Shown here one piece after another: positions 27,932 through 35,474 of a DNA stretch of 64,000 bases. Position 1 is the stretch's first letter. Each line of letters begins with the position of its first letter. Made by a program: the position numbers and the translations under genes. The DNA is from Spirochaetota bacterium. GTDB taxonomy: Bacteria; Spirochaetota; UBA4802; JAGODF01. The notes under the pieces are model-generated. The model was not told the origin of the DNA. It was given only the letters and a program-made list of their open reading frames with translations, and ran no database searches. The DNA lies in contig JARKUF010000019.1 in NCBI GenBank assembly GCA_029974015.1, positions 10,219 through 74,218 of the forward strand, read 5' to 3'.

Positions 27932-28260
27932 CAAGGGCGGTAGCATTCCCCCTCGCTGATCACCTGTATGCTCACCAGCCTGCATCGCCCGCACTCGCTA
28001 ATGTAGCGTGCCCGCACTGTCTGGCAGAGCCCGAGAGCGGTCCGGTCCACGGCGGAGCCGTCTCGGCCCGTGTAGGCGGTATCGGCGGCGTGACGGAGGA
28101 CCAGCTCTCTACTGCCGCGCTTTATCTCGACAATATTATTGGAGAGGTAGATGACGACGCCCGTGATATCGCGCTCCCTCCCCGGAGACGCAGCAAGGAC
28201 GGCCTGGTAAAGGAGAACCGCGGCGCAGATACTCGACGCGAAAACTGTCAGTCTTTTCAT
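27931..28260 (-). CDS. Small secreted Cys-rich hypothetical protein
   Basis: The ATG at 28260 has AGGAGG 7 nt upstream. The signal peptide is MKRLTVFASSICAAVLLYQAVLAA. The C-terminus has several Cys residues. The ORF is coupled to mpl. Confidence 0.5.
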   Translation of the reverse strand: MKRLTVFASSICAAVLLYQAVLAASPGRERDITGVVIYLSNNIVEIKRGSRELVLRHAADTAYTGRDGSAVDRTALGLCQTVRARYISECGRCRLVSIQVISEGECYRP

Positions 28261-28547
28261 GCGACACCTCCTGATGGAGAAAAGATACGGGGCAAACCGG
28301 GAAAACCGCCTGTACCGGCCCCACGGGAGACGGATACGGCATCTTGCCAAATCAAAGCATTCCGATTCCGGTCCCCCCTGTCAATGACTTTGCGTGCGGC
28401 CGTGGACCCGCGCACCCAAAAATTGCCCCGCCCGGCCTAAAATGTTTGACATTTTATCTCCATTGGCGAAGAGTACATATGGTGGGGTCGCACGCTTCAA
28501 ATCTGTACCGTCCGCCATAAGGAGATCCGGCGTTTCCGGAAAAGCCG

Positions 28548-29096
28548 ATGAAACCATCATTCCCGAAAAGAAACCGCATAAAAAAAACCCTCATGGCAAT
28601 GGCCGCGTTTCTTCTGGTCCCGAGGCTTGTCGTCTCCGGGGCGGAAACTTACAACTGGGGCATGTGCAAGGACGATGTGGTAAAAAAGCACCTCGGGGCC
28701 GCCTCCTACTCCAGCTTCTCGCCATCGGCGAAACCGGAATACGATAATAAAATACTGAACTTCATCCTCGCGATCAACAACGACACGAAGGAAAAAATCT
28801 CCATCATGCGAAGCGCCGGAGTACCCGAGCGCGACTACCTTCTCATAAACGGCAAACTGTATTCTGTGCTGGAAAACTACGGGGCCATACCCTCCTCGGG
28901 GCTGGACAGGGTGATTGGCGAGCTTTCATCAACGTATAAAAGCCCCACCGTCCAGAAGGACAAGAACATGGTCACCTACTCATTCTACGGCAAGGACACG
29001 AAGGTCCTTGTGCTTTCGTCCCAAAAGCAGAACCTCGTGGATTGCAAAGTGTATCACTATGCGGGGAAGCTTTTCCGGATCCTGATATCCGAATAG
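28548..29096 (+). CDS. Hypothetical secreted protein (start uncertain)
   Basis: The 182-aa ORF has an N-terminal hydrophobic segment (MAMAAFLLVPRLVVSGA). No family recognised. Confidence 0.45.
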   Translation: MKPSFPKRNRIKKTLMAMAAFLLVPRLVVSGAETYNWGMCKDDVVKKHLGAASYSSFSPSAKPEYDNKILNFILAINNDTKEKISIMRSAGVPERDYLLINGKLYSVLENYGAIPSSGLDRVIGELSSTYKSPTVQKDKNMVTYSFYGKDTKVLVLSSQKQNLVDCKVYHYAGKLFRILISE

Positions 29097-29184
29097 CGGT
29101 TTTTTCCAATTAATTCTTGACAGACCCGACAATTCTTTTTGTATGTCATTTCTGCATCATATCTAAACGTAACCGGGTGGCATC

Positions 29185-29478
29185 GTGGCAAATATCAAGT
29201 CGGCAATTAAGAGAATCAAGACCAGCGAAAAGAACAAAAGCGCCAACAGGCAGGTCAAATCGTCGGTTCGCACAGCGGCCAAGACGGTCGCTTCCGCACT
29301 CGACCCGAAGAACGAAAAACACGGACAGCTTGCCGAACTCCAGAAGAGTTACATGAAGGCGATCGACACCGCCGCAGGAAAAGGCATCATTAAAAAGAAG
29401 GCCGCATCGAGGAAGAAGTCACGCCTGGCCAAGAAGGTCAATGCGGCGATAAACCAGGCTGCGGCCCCCCAGGCCTGA
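29185..29478 (+). CDS. rpsT: 30S ribosomal protein S20
   Basis: The start is GTG. MANIKSAIKRIKTSEKNKSANRQVKS is typical of the S20 N-terminus. Confidence 0.95.
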   Translation: MANIKSAIKRIKTSEKNKSANRQVKSSVRTAAKTVASALDPKNEKHGQLAELQKSYMKAIDTAAGKGIIKKKAASRKKSRLAKKVNAAINQAAAPQA

Positions 29479-29543
29479 TTACTGCGCGTTTTTTAGTTCC
29501 GCGAATAAAACGAACACATTAGTTCGCATTCACCGGTGAACCC

Positions 29544-29816
29544 TTGACGAAGCAGGAAATAATCGACAGGCTGGTCCAGCAGACCGGCATAAATAAACGT
29601 CAGATAAGCCATATCATCGACAATTTCATCGACCACATCATTGCAAGCTGCGACAGGGGCGACAGGGTGGAAATCAGGGGGTTCGGCACTTTTTGCAGGG
29701 CCTCCCGCAAAGAAAGAAATGTTTTTTCCCCCATCGCGGGCAAGCATATAAAGCTACCCGCGAAATCGATCATCTCGTTTAAGGCGAGCAAAACCACCGA
29801 AGAGGTGATTGAGTAA
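29544..29816 (+). CDS. HU/IHF-family DNA-binding protein
   Basis: The start is TTG. The 90-aa product has RVEIRGFGTF and a beta-arm segment (RNVFSPIAGKHIKLPAK) typical of the HU/IHF fold. Confidence 0.88.
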   Translation: MTKQEIIDRLVQQTGINKRQISHIIDNFIDHIIASCDRGDRVEIRGFGTFCRASRKERNVFSPIAGKHIKLPAKSIISFKASKTTEEVIE

Positions 29817-29821
29817 ATATA

Positions 29822-29894
29822 GGGCGCTTAGCTCAGCTGGGAGAGCATCTGCCTTACAAGCAGAGGGTCGGCGGTTCGATCCCGTCAGCGCCCA
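29822..29894 (+). tRNA. tRNA-Val (anticodon TAC)
   Basis: I folded the cloverleaf by hand.
- Acceptor stem: GGGCGCT/AGCGCCC.
- D stem: GCTC/GAGC.
- Anticodon stem: TCTGC/GCAGA, with loop CTTACAA.
- T stem: GGCGG/CCGTC, with loop TTCGATC.
- Total length is 73 nt, and CCA is not encoded. Confidence 0.95.
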
Positions 29895-29910
29895 CATGGA
29901 CGTAAAAGAT

Positions 29911-29947
29911 GAAGGCACGCAAGGGTTTGCGTGCCTTCACCTTTTTA
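29911..29947 (+). terminator. Rho-independent terminator after tRNA-Val
   Basis: The 11-bp stem is GAAGGCACGCA/TGCGTGCCTTC with loop agggtt. It is followed by ACCTTTTT. Confidence 0.7.
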
Positions 29948-30244
29948 CTAATTAAAATAGTATTCGATATACGAGTGCAGCATTCCTGCCAGATAATACG
30001 GCAAGTTCAGTAATTTATAAGGTTTTCCCTCAAGCGTCCTGGTGTTTTCTATCCTTCTTTTCTTTCCATTTTCTAAAATTTGTCAATATTGAGCGATTAT
30101 ACATTGCTTCTCTCTTGTACCAGAGTAAGGCATATTTAGCCTGCATTTTGTATAGAAGTCAATGATAAAGTCAAATATTTTTGCATAGAATACAGGCTGG
30201 GGACTGCAATTGTTAACCGTCCCCCATTATGCCCACCCCGGCGT

Positions 30245-30340
30245 CATTCAAAGTGACCCCCCAAACGGCAGGGAAAACGACCCCCCTGCCGTCATACAAA
30301 ATGGCCCCCTATACGGCATTTAAAGTGACCCCCCTCCCGG
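30245..30340. repeat. Four tandem 24-nt degenerate direct repeats (iteron- or transposase-site-like)
   Basis: The four units are:
- CATTCAAAGTGACCCCCCAAACGG
- CAGGGAAAACGACCCCCCTGCCGT
- CATACAAAATGGCCCCCTATACGG
- CATTTAAAGTGACCCCCCTCCCGG

They lie in the AT-rich region downstream of tRNA-Val. Confidence 0.7.
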
Positions 30341-30406
30341 GAGTGTTGTATACCTCCGAAAACACCTTATGGATTCGGAGGAAGCACGGCACGGGAGAAA
30401 ACGATT

Positions 30407-30520
30407 ATGGAACAGCAGGACATACTTAAGAGGCTTAAGACCGGTCACACCATCAAGCAAATTAAGCGAGAGACCGGGCCCCACCGGGGGGTCATTCGGA
30501 AGCTTAGACGCCTCCTATAA
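30407..30520 (+). CDS. 37-codon helix-turn-helix mini-ORF, probable remnant of a mobile-element gene (transposase/regulator N-terminus)
   Basis: GGGAGA lies 8 nt upstream of the ATG. The translation is MEQQDILKRLKTGHTIKQIKRETGPHRGVIRKLRRLL. This resembles the N-terminal HTH of IS21-type or other transposases. The ORF ends abruptly and lies directly after the 24-nt repeats. Confidence 0.3.
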   Translation: MEQQDILKRLKTGHTIKQIKRETGPHRGVIRKLRRLL

Positions 30521-30789
30521 TATACTTTTCAATATACTTTTCATTTTGCACAAGAAAAACACGTAAAAGCATGGAACAAACTGCACAATCATTAATATTA
30601 TGCACTGCTTTTAAAAGAAGTCAAGAATTAATGCTGAAAAAAAGGACATTTATGCTTCATGGAGCTGAGAGCGTTAACTTCTGCTTATCATTAGCATGTA
30701 GATTTGTAATAGTATTGACTTTCTTACTGCTTTATTATAGTGTTTTAAAAATTGCAATGAAGAATTTGCCAAGGGGCAGCAACAAAAAC

Positions 30790-30913
30790 TCATGTGAGAC
30801 CTCAAAAAAATAAATTTTTGAGGCCCCATGAATTATATTTTCTGACATACTCAGGACTCAGGTTTACCCGCCCGCCGAAGGCGGGCGGGTAAACGAAGTT
30901 TTTATGACTGCCC
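30790..30913. repeat. Interspersed composite repeat, copy D
   Basis: The A/T hairpin is CCTCAAAAA-aataaa-TTTTTGAGG (30800-30823). A conserved linker follows. The GC hairpin is GTTTACCCGCCCGCC-gaag-GCGGGCGGGTAAAC (30862-30894). TGACTGCCC lies at 30905-30913. Confidence 0.85.
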
Positions 30914-30982
30914 TTCAATTTTAAAAGTTCCCATGTCCCAAAAAGTCCCGCCCTTATCTGGCGGACCAAATCGAGGTACAGC

Positions 30983-32956
30983 ATGAAAATTTTTTTTCGA
31001 GCGCTCATTTCACTTTTCATTGTCCTGCTTTCAATCCATTCGTCTAAGGCGCAAGACCGCCTCACCGTCATTCATACTAACGATTTGCATTCCGAGCTTA
31101 TGGGTTTTTCCCCCGTAATTGACTATACCCCGGAAAAAACCGGCGACGATGCCACCATCGGAGGCTGGTCCCGGATAGCGACGATCATCAAATCCGTAAA
31201 AAAATCCCGCAGCAATCCGGTGCTCGTCCTCGATGCCGGTGATTACACCATGGGCTCCCTCTTCCATACCATCTGCCGCGAGGAAGGGCTCGAATTGCGA
31301 ATCCTGAAAGCAATGGGATACGATGCTGTTGGCGTAGGCAATCATGAATTCGATTTTATGCCGATTGGTTTTGCAAAAATGCTGAATGCGGCGCATAAGA
31401 AAAACGAAATACCCATGGTGCTTCTTTCAAACGCGGTTTTCAGCAAAGAAAGCGGCCGCGATGATCTTCTTGAAGACGCCTTTCGACGCAATATCGTCCG
31501 CAGGCATGCGATTATTGAAAAGGGAAACCTGAAAATCGGCATTTTCGCCCTTTTGGGAATTGATGCCGCAGAAGTAGCCCCCTTTGCTTCTCCCGTTAAA
31601 TTCGCCGACAGGCTTGAAACCGCAAAGGAAATGGTTGAAAAGCTTCGAAAAGAAAACAAAGCCGATCTGGTAATCTGCCTTTCTCACAGCGGCCTCTTAA
31701 ACAGGCCGGGTAAAGACCCGGAAGATGTGGAGCTTGCTAAAAAAGTTTCCGGCATTGATCTTATCATAAGCGGCCACTCGCACACAAAGCTTGACCGGCC
31801 CCTGATTATTGGCGGCACAATCATCGTGCAATCCTGGGAATACGGAAAGCGCGTCGGAATTCTGGACATTACCTTGAAAAAAGGCAAAGCGGCGGTTGAA
31901 TCATATATATCACGCAGCGTCGATGACACGGTTGCCGGAGACGCAAAAATCCAGCAAATGATAAACCGGCATGTCCCAATCATCGAACAAAAAATCCTTG
32001 CCCCGCTGGGTTTTTCTTACGGCATGAAAATCGCGAAAACCGGTTTCGATATCGATTTTGAGGAAAAGGCGCTCGAATACCCCATGGGCAATCTCATTGC
32101 CGACTCGATCCGATGGTATGCAAACAAATATGCCTTCGACCCGAAAGATCCGCAAACAAAAATCGTCGCGGCCGTAGAATCAACCGGTACAATCAGAAAC
32201 GGCCTTCTGAAAGGAAAGACGGGGGTTATCGCGGTATGCGATATTTTTAAATCATTCCCGCTGGGTATCGGCTTCACGGACAAGGACGACCGCATAGGCT
32301 ATCCTATAGTTACGGTGTACGTCACCGCCGAAGAAATCAAAAAAGCTCTTGAAGTGCTCACCACCATCGCTCCCCTAAAAGGAAACAGCTACTTTTTGCA
32401 AGTATCAGGCCTCAAATTTACCTACAATCCATACCGCATGCTTTTCGACCGGGTCACCGGCATCTGGCTTGGAGACGAGCAATCCGGATACGAAAAGCTC
32501 GACTATTCTTCAAGCAACAGAAAACTCTACCGCATTGCGGCAAACATCTACAATGCGACATTTTTAAAAATCATAGGCGGTTTTACTTCAGGCATTCTCA
32601 CCATAGTGCCGAAAGACCGGCATGGAAATCCAATTGACGATCTCAACAGCGCCGTCATCGACCGCGATCCCCATACGCCCGGCATTCAGGGGCTTCGCGA
32701 ATGGGCGGGCCTCATTGAATTCATGAAGACTTTCCCCGATACCGACGGCGACGGTTTGCCGAATATCCCTGAATCATACCGTCAGGCACAAGGCCGCATT
32801 ATTGCCCGGGCCAGCATCAATCCAATTCAATTGTTGCGGGGGGGAAATTGGCTCACCTGGGGAGTATTCGGGGCAATTTTAATTATCATCGCCATAGTGG
32901 TTGTTGTTGTATATGTAGTTGTGAAAAAAATCCGAAAAAAGAAAAAAGGGTTATAA
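30983..32956 (+). CDS. Bifunctional metallophosphatase / 5'-nucleotidase family protein, C-terminally membrane anchored
   Basis: A signal peptide is present. Calcineurin-like motifs are present (IHTNDLHS, DAGDYTMGS, GNHEFD, SHSG, GHSH). A 5'-nucleotidase C-terminal domain follows. The terminal TM helix is followed by KKIRKKKKG. Confidence 0.85.
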   Translation: MKIFFRALISLFIVLLSIHSSKAQDRLTVIHTNDLHSELMGFSPVIDYTPEKTGDDATIGGWSRIATIIKSVKKSRSNPVLVLDAGDYTMGSLFHTICREEGLELRILKAMGYDAVGVGNHEFDFMPIGFAKMLNAAHKKNEIPMVLLSNAVFSKESGRDDLLEDAFRRNIVRRHAIIEKGNLKIGIFALLGIDAAEVAPFASPVKFADRLETAKEMVEKLRKENKADLVICLSHSGLLNRPGKDPEDVELAKKVSGIDLIISGHSHTKLDRPLIIGGTIIVQSWEYGKRVGILDITLKKGKAAVESYISRSVDDTVAGDAKIQQMINRHVPIIEQKILAPLGFSYGMKIAKTGFDIDFEEKALEYPMGNLIADSIRWYANKYAFDPKDPQTKIVAAVESTGTIRNGLLKGKTGVIAVCDIFKSFPLGIGFTDKDDRIGYPIVTVYVTAEEIKKALEVLTTIAPLKGNSYFLQVSGLKFTYNPYRMLFDRVTGIWLGDEQSGYEKLDYSSSNRKLYRIAANIYNATFLKIIGGFTSGILTIVPKDRHGNPIDDLNSAVIDRDPHTPGIQGLREWAGLIEFMKTFPDTDGDGLPNIPESYRQAQGRIIARASINPIQLLRGGNWLTWGVFGAILIIIAIVVVVVYVVVKKIRKKKKGL

Positions 32957-33065
32957 TCTTCAACAGCAGCAGGAAAGCAAGGCGGCGCCGGCCAAAACAA
33001 ATGGCCTTGCGAAACCTATCATTCCAACCCTGCCAGGGTAATATCAGCCTGCGCCTTTATATGTA

Positions 33066-33096
33066 GCATGCGCAAGGCGGAAAGCCTTGCGCATGC
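33066..33096. terminator. Bidirectional terminator hairpin between convergent genes
   Basis: The perfect 13-bp stem is GCATGCGCAAGGC/GCCTTGCGCATGC with loop ggaaa. AAATTTT lies on the + side. Confidence 0.65.
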
Positions 33097-33188
33097 AAAT
33101 TTTGGCCAGGAGCGCTTTTAAGGATGTTTACAGGCAAGGCGCCGTCACCATGGATTTGTCACAGCGATGGGTGCGCTACTGATCCGGC

Positions 33189-33806
33189 CTATGAATCCTG
33201 CCCCTGCTTCCCTTCCACTCCCCCGATTAGCGCAGCGGCTGTCATGATTAAACGAATGTCCGCTGACCTGTCGAGGATAGTCAGGACATATTTTGGGACA
33301 AAAAAGGAGATTTTACCATTTAGCTCGGCAACAGCGCGCCCGTTTAATTCGATTTTGTATTTCTGCGGCACCAGCGCAATAAACCTGCTTAACAAAGCGC
33401 CCATACGGCTTTGTTCGGCAATTTGGCCGACTTCTCTGCCGTCCGGCGAATATATGGTCCAGGTATCCATAAAAATTGACTTCATAGATTTTCTCTGGAA
33501 ACCGCCTATATGCTCATTGGTTTTTGAGTCGGTGATCGCATAGGTCGGCATAAATGCTTTTTTAAGTAAACCCATGCCTTTTGAAAACTCAGCATCGCTT
33601 TTCCCAAATTCCCTTTTTGCAAATATTAGTTCATCGGTCATCTCTTTGTTGGAAAAAATCCTGAATCCGAAGCCATCTCGAAATTTTGCCTTGGCGTAAA
33701 GAAGGAGATTTGTTCCCATAGCGTCGTAAATCATGGAAGTCCCAAGCCCAAAGAATTTCCGTTTCACCATAAAAGCCTGCTGCGATTTGAGGTAATCCCA
33801 ATCCAT
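33189..33806 (-). CDS. Hypothetical protein (possibly scramblase/LURP-one-like fold)
   Basis: The 205-aa ORF has plausible coding statistics. A weak resemblance to the tubby-C/LOR-type pattern is the only hint, and no secure family assignment is possible. Confidence 0.5.
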   Translation of the reverse strand: MDWDYLKSQQAFMVKRKFFGLGTSMIYDAMGTNLLLYAKAKFRDGFGFRIFSNKEMTDELIFAKREFGKSDAEFSKGMGLLKKAFMPTYAITDSKTNEHIGGFQRKSMKSIFMDTWTIYSPDGREVGQIAEQSRMGALLSRFIALVPQKYKIELNGRAVAELNGKISFFVPKYVLTILDRSADIRLIMTAAALIGGVEGKQGQDS

Positions 33807-33919
33807 TTGTAAGCTCCTATTTGGAGGAAAATAATACTTATTGATTTCATGATGTGTCTCTCCCTCAATTTCTCAAGCACTTTTTTTCAAGACGATAAAT
33901 TTGAGCCCCCTTCTTTGAG

Positions 33920-34040
33920 CAGGGAACCTCAAAAATTAAATTTTTGAGGTTTCCATAAATTGTAACTACTGGCATATTCAGGAATTATGATTTCCCGCCC
34001 GCCGAAGGCGGGCGGGAAATCATAATTATTAGAGGTTGCC
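33920..34040. repeat. Interspersed composite repeat, copy E (MITE-like with terminal inverted repeats)
   Basis: The left end is GGGAACCTCAAAAA. The right end is TTATTAGAGGTTGCC, whose reverse complement is GGCAACCTCTAATAA. The A/T hairpin spans 33927-33949. A conserved linker follows. The 20-21-bp GC hairpin AATTATGATTTCCCGCCCGCC...GGCGGGCGGGAAATCATAATT spans 33983-34027. Confidence 0.85.
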
Positions 34041-34106
34041 GGTAATAATTTTCAGGCTTGACAATCGATACCATGTTAAAAGGATGTTTTAAAAAGGAGC
34101 AGCGCC

Positions 34107-35357
34107 ATGATACAAAAACCTCCGGGCGTGGAAGATATCTTTCCCGACAAAATTGACCGGTGGAACCACCTGATAGGAACAGCACGTGAAGCTTTCCGCC
34201 TTTTCAACTGCCGGGAAATCATCGTTCCCGTCATGGAGTTTACTGAAGTCTTCGCCCGTGGGCTTGGAGACGAGACCGATATCGTTTCAAAGGAGATGTT
34301 CACATTCGAAGACAGAGGCGGCCGAAGCCTTACTCTTCGGCCCGAAGGCACCGCCTCCGTAGTCCGTGCGTATGTGGAGAACGGTGACTACAACCGCCTC
34401 TCCTCGTGCCGGTTTTATTATGTGGGGCCCATGTTCCGCGCCGAGCGCCCCCAGAAGGGGCGCCTCCGCCAGTTTAACCAGTTTGGCGCGGAGTTCTTCG
34501 GGAGCGGGGACCCCTTTACCGACTTCGAGTCTATCGCCGTGATGGATTCCATCGCGAAGAAAGCAGGCGTCAGGAATTACCGCCTCCTGGTAAACTCCAT
34601 CGGCTGTCCCCATTGCCGCCCCTCATTCATGAAGGACCTCCGCGAATATTACATTTCCCGCAAGGACGGCCTCTGTGAAGATTGCCGTCGACGCCTGGAG
34701 AAAAACCCCCTCCGGCTTTTAGACTGCAAAGTGGAGTCGTGCATCATCTTAAAAAAGGACGCCCCTGCCATTACGAAATACCTCTGTGAGGGCTGCGCTG
34801 ACCACCACGCAGCCTTAAAGGCCCATCTTAATGACGGCAAGATCGACTTCATAGAAGACCCCCTCCTTGTCCGAGGTCTGGACTACTACACCCGCACCAC
34901 CTTCGAGTTCGTCACCGGCGAAGCGGGGCAAAACGCCTTCGCAGCCGGAGGGCGATATGACGGCCTGGTGGAAACATTCGGGGGCAAACCCACTCCGGCC
35001 GTGGGCTTTGCCGCCGGCATAGAGAGGATGCTCCTCCTGTTGGAGGAGGCCGATATTCCCCGCTCCGGACTTGACGCCTATGTGGTCCACTCCGGCGGCG
35101 CCGCTTTCGACGAGGCAAGGAGCATCGTTGCGGAATTGCGCGACGCAGGTTTTTCGACGGACATGGAACCCGGGGCAAAGGGCTTCAAATCCCAATTTAA
35201 AAAGGCTGACCGGGAGGGCGCCAGGACCGTTCTCGTAATCGGAGAAGAGGAGTTGGCCGGAAAAGTCTGCACCGTGAAGAATATGGATTCAGGAGAGCAG
35301 GAGGCGGTCCCCCGGGACCGGGTTGCCGCCCGGGTAGCGGCGATTGTCGGGAAATAG
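34107..35357 (+). CDS. hisS: Histidine--tRNA ligase
   Basis: Class II motifs are present: KEMFTFEDRGGRSLTLRPEGTA, YYVGPMFRAERPQKGRLRQF and GGGRYDGLV (here AAGGRYDGLV). The anticodon-binding C-terminal domain is present. Confidence 0.97.
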   Translation: MIQKPPGVEDIFPDKIDRWNHLIGTAREAFRLFNCREIIVPVMEFTEVFARGLGDETDIVSKEMFTFEDRGGRSLTLRPEGTASVVRAYVENGDYNRLSSCRFYYVGPMFRAERPQKGRLRQFNQFGAEFFGSGDPFTDFESIAVMDSIAKKAGVRNYRLLVNSIGCPHCRPSFMKDLREYYISRKDGLCEDCRRRLEKNPLRLLDCKVESCIILKKDAPAITKYLCEGCADHHAALKAHLNDGKIDFIEDPLLVRGLDYYTRTTFEFVTGEAGQNAFAAGGRYDGLVETFGGKPTPAVGFAAGIERMLLLLEEADIPRSGLDAYVVHSGGAAFDEARSIVAELRDAGFSTDMEPGAKGFKSQFKKADREGARTVLVIGEEELAGKVCTVKNMDSGEQEAVPRDRVAARVAAIVGK

Positions 35358-35389
35358 CGGCCCTTCGGTAATTACACCCCTTCTTGGCC

Positions 35390-35424
35390 CGGAAGCCGTT
35401 ATTGTTTCGGAAGCCGTTATTGTT
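35390..35424. repeat. Two 17-nt perfect direct repeats (CGGAAGCCGTTATTGTT) at 18-nt period
   Basis: The repeats lie immediately upstream of the predicted -35 of the 35475 gene. They are a candidate regulator binding site. Confidence 0.6.
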
Positions 35425-35445
35425 CCGGGACGCGATAAAATCAGA

Positions 35446-35473
35446 TTGACATGCAATCCCGCGGCGGTATACT
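35446..35473 (+). promoter_or_regulatory. Candidate sigma70-type promoter
   Basis: TTGACA (35446-35451) is followed by a 16-nt spacer and TATACT (35468-35473). In-frame ATG codons lie at 35475 and 35484. Confidence 0.4.
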
Positions 35474-35474
35474 C

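Noticed and set aside
30229-30429. 66-aa ORF translating the 24-nt repeats as an 8-aa repeat protein (SFKVTPQT/AGKTTPLP/SYKMAPYT/AFKVTPLP)
   Set aside because: I saw no RBS. The ORF overlaps the better-supported HTH mini-ORF. The repeat conservation is stronger at the DNA level (GACCCCCC core) than at the peptide level, so I treat it as a DNA repeat.
33965-34045. Sigma-54 (-24/-12) or sigma-28 promoter reading of TGGCA / TTGCC / GCCGGTAA motifs in the repeats
   Set aside because: - For sigma-54, no GG is found at the required 12-nt distance upstream of the GC of TTGC.
- For sigma-28, only copy E resembles GCCGATAA, no TAAA -35 sits at the right spacing, and the downstream genes (hisS, gspD) are not flagellar or chemotaxis genes.
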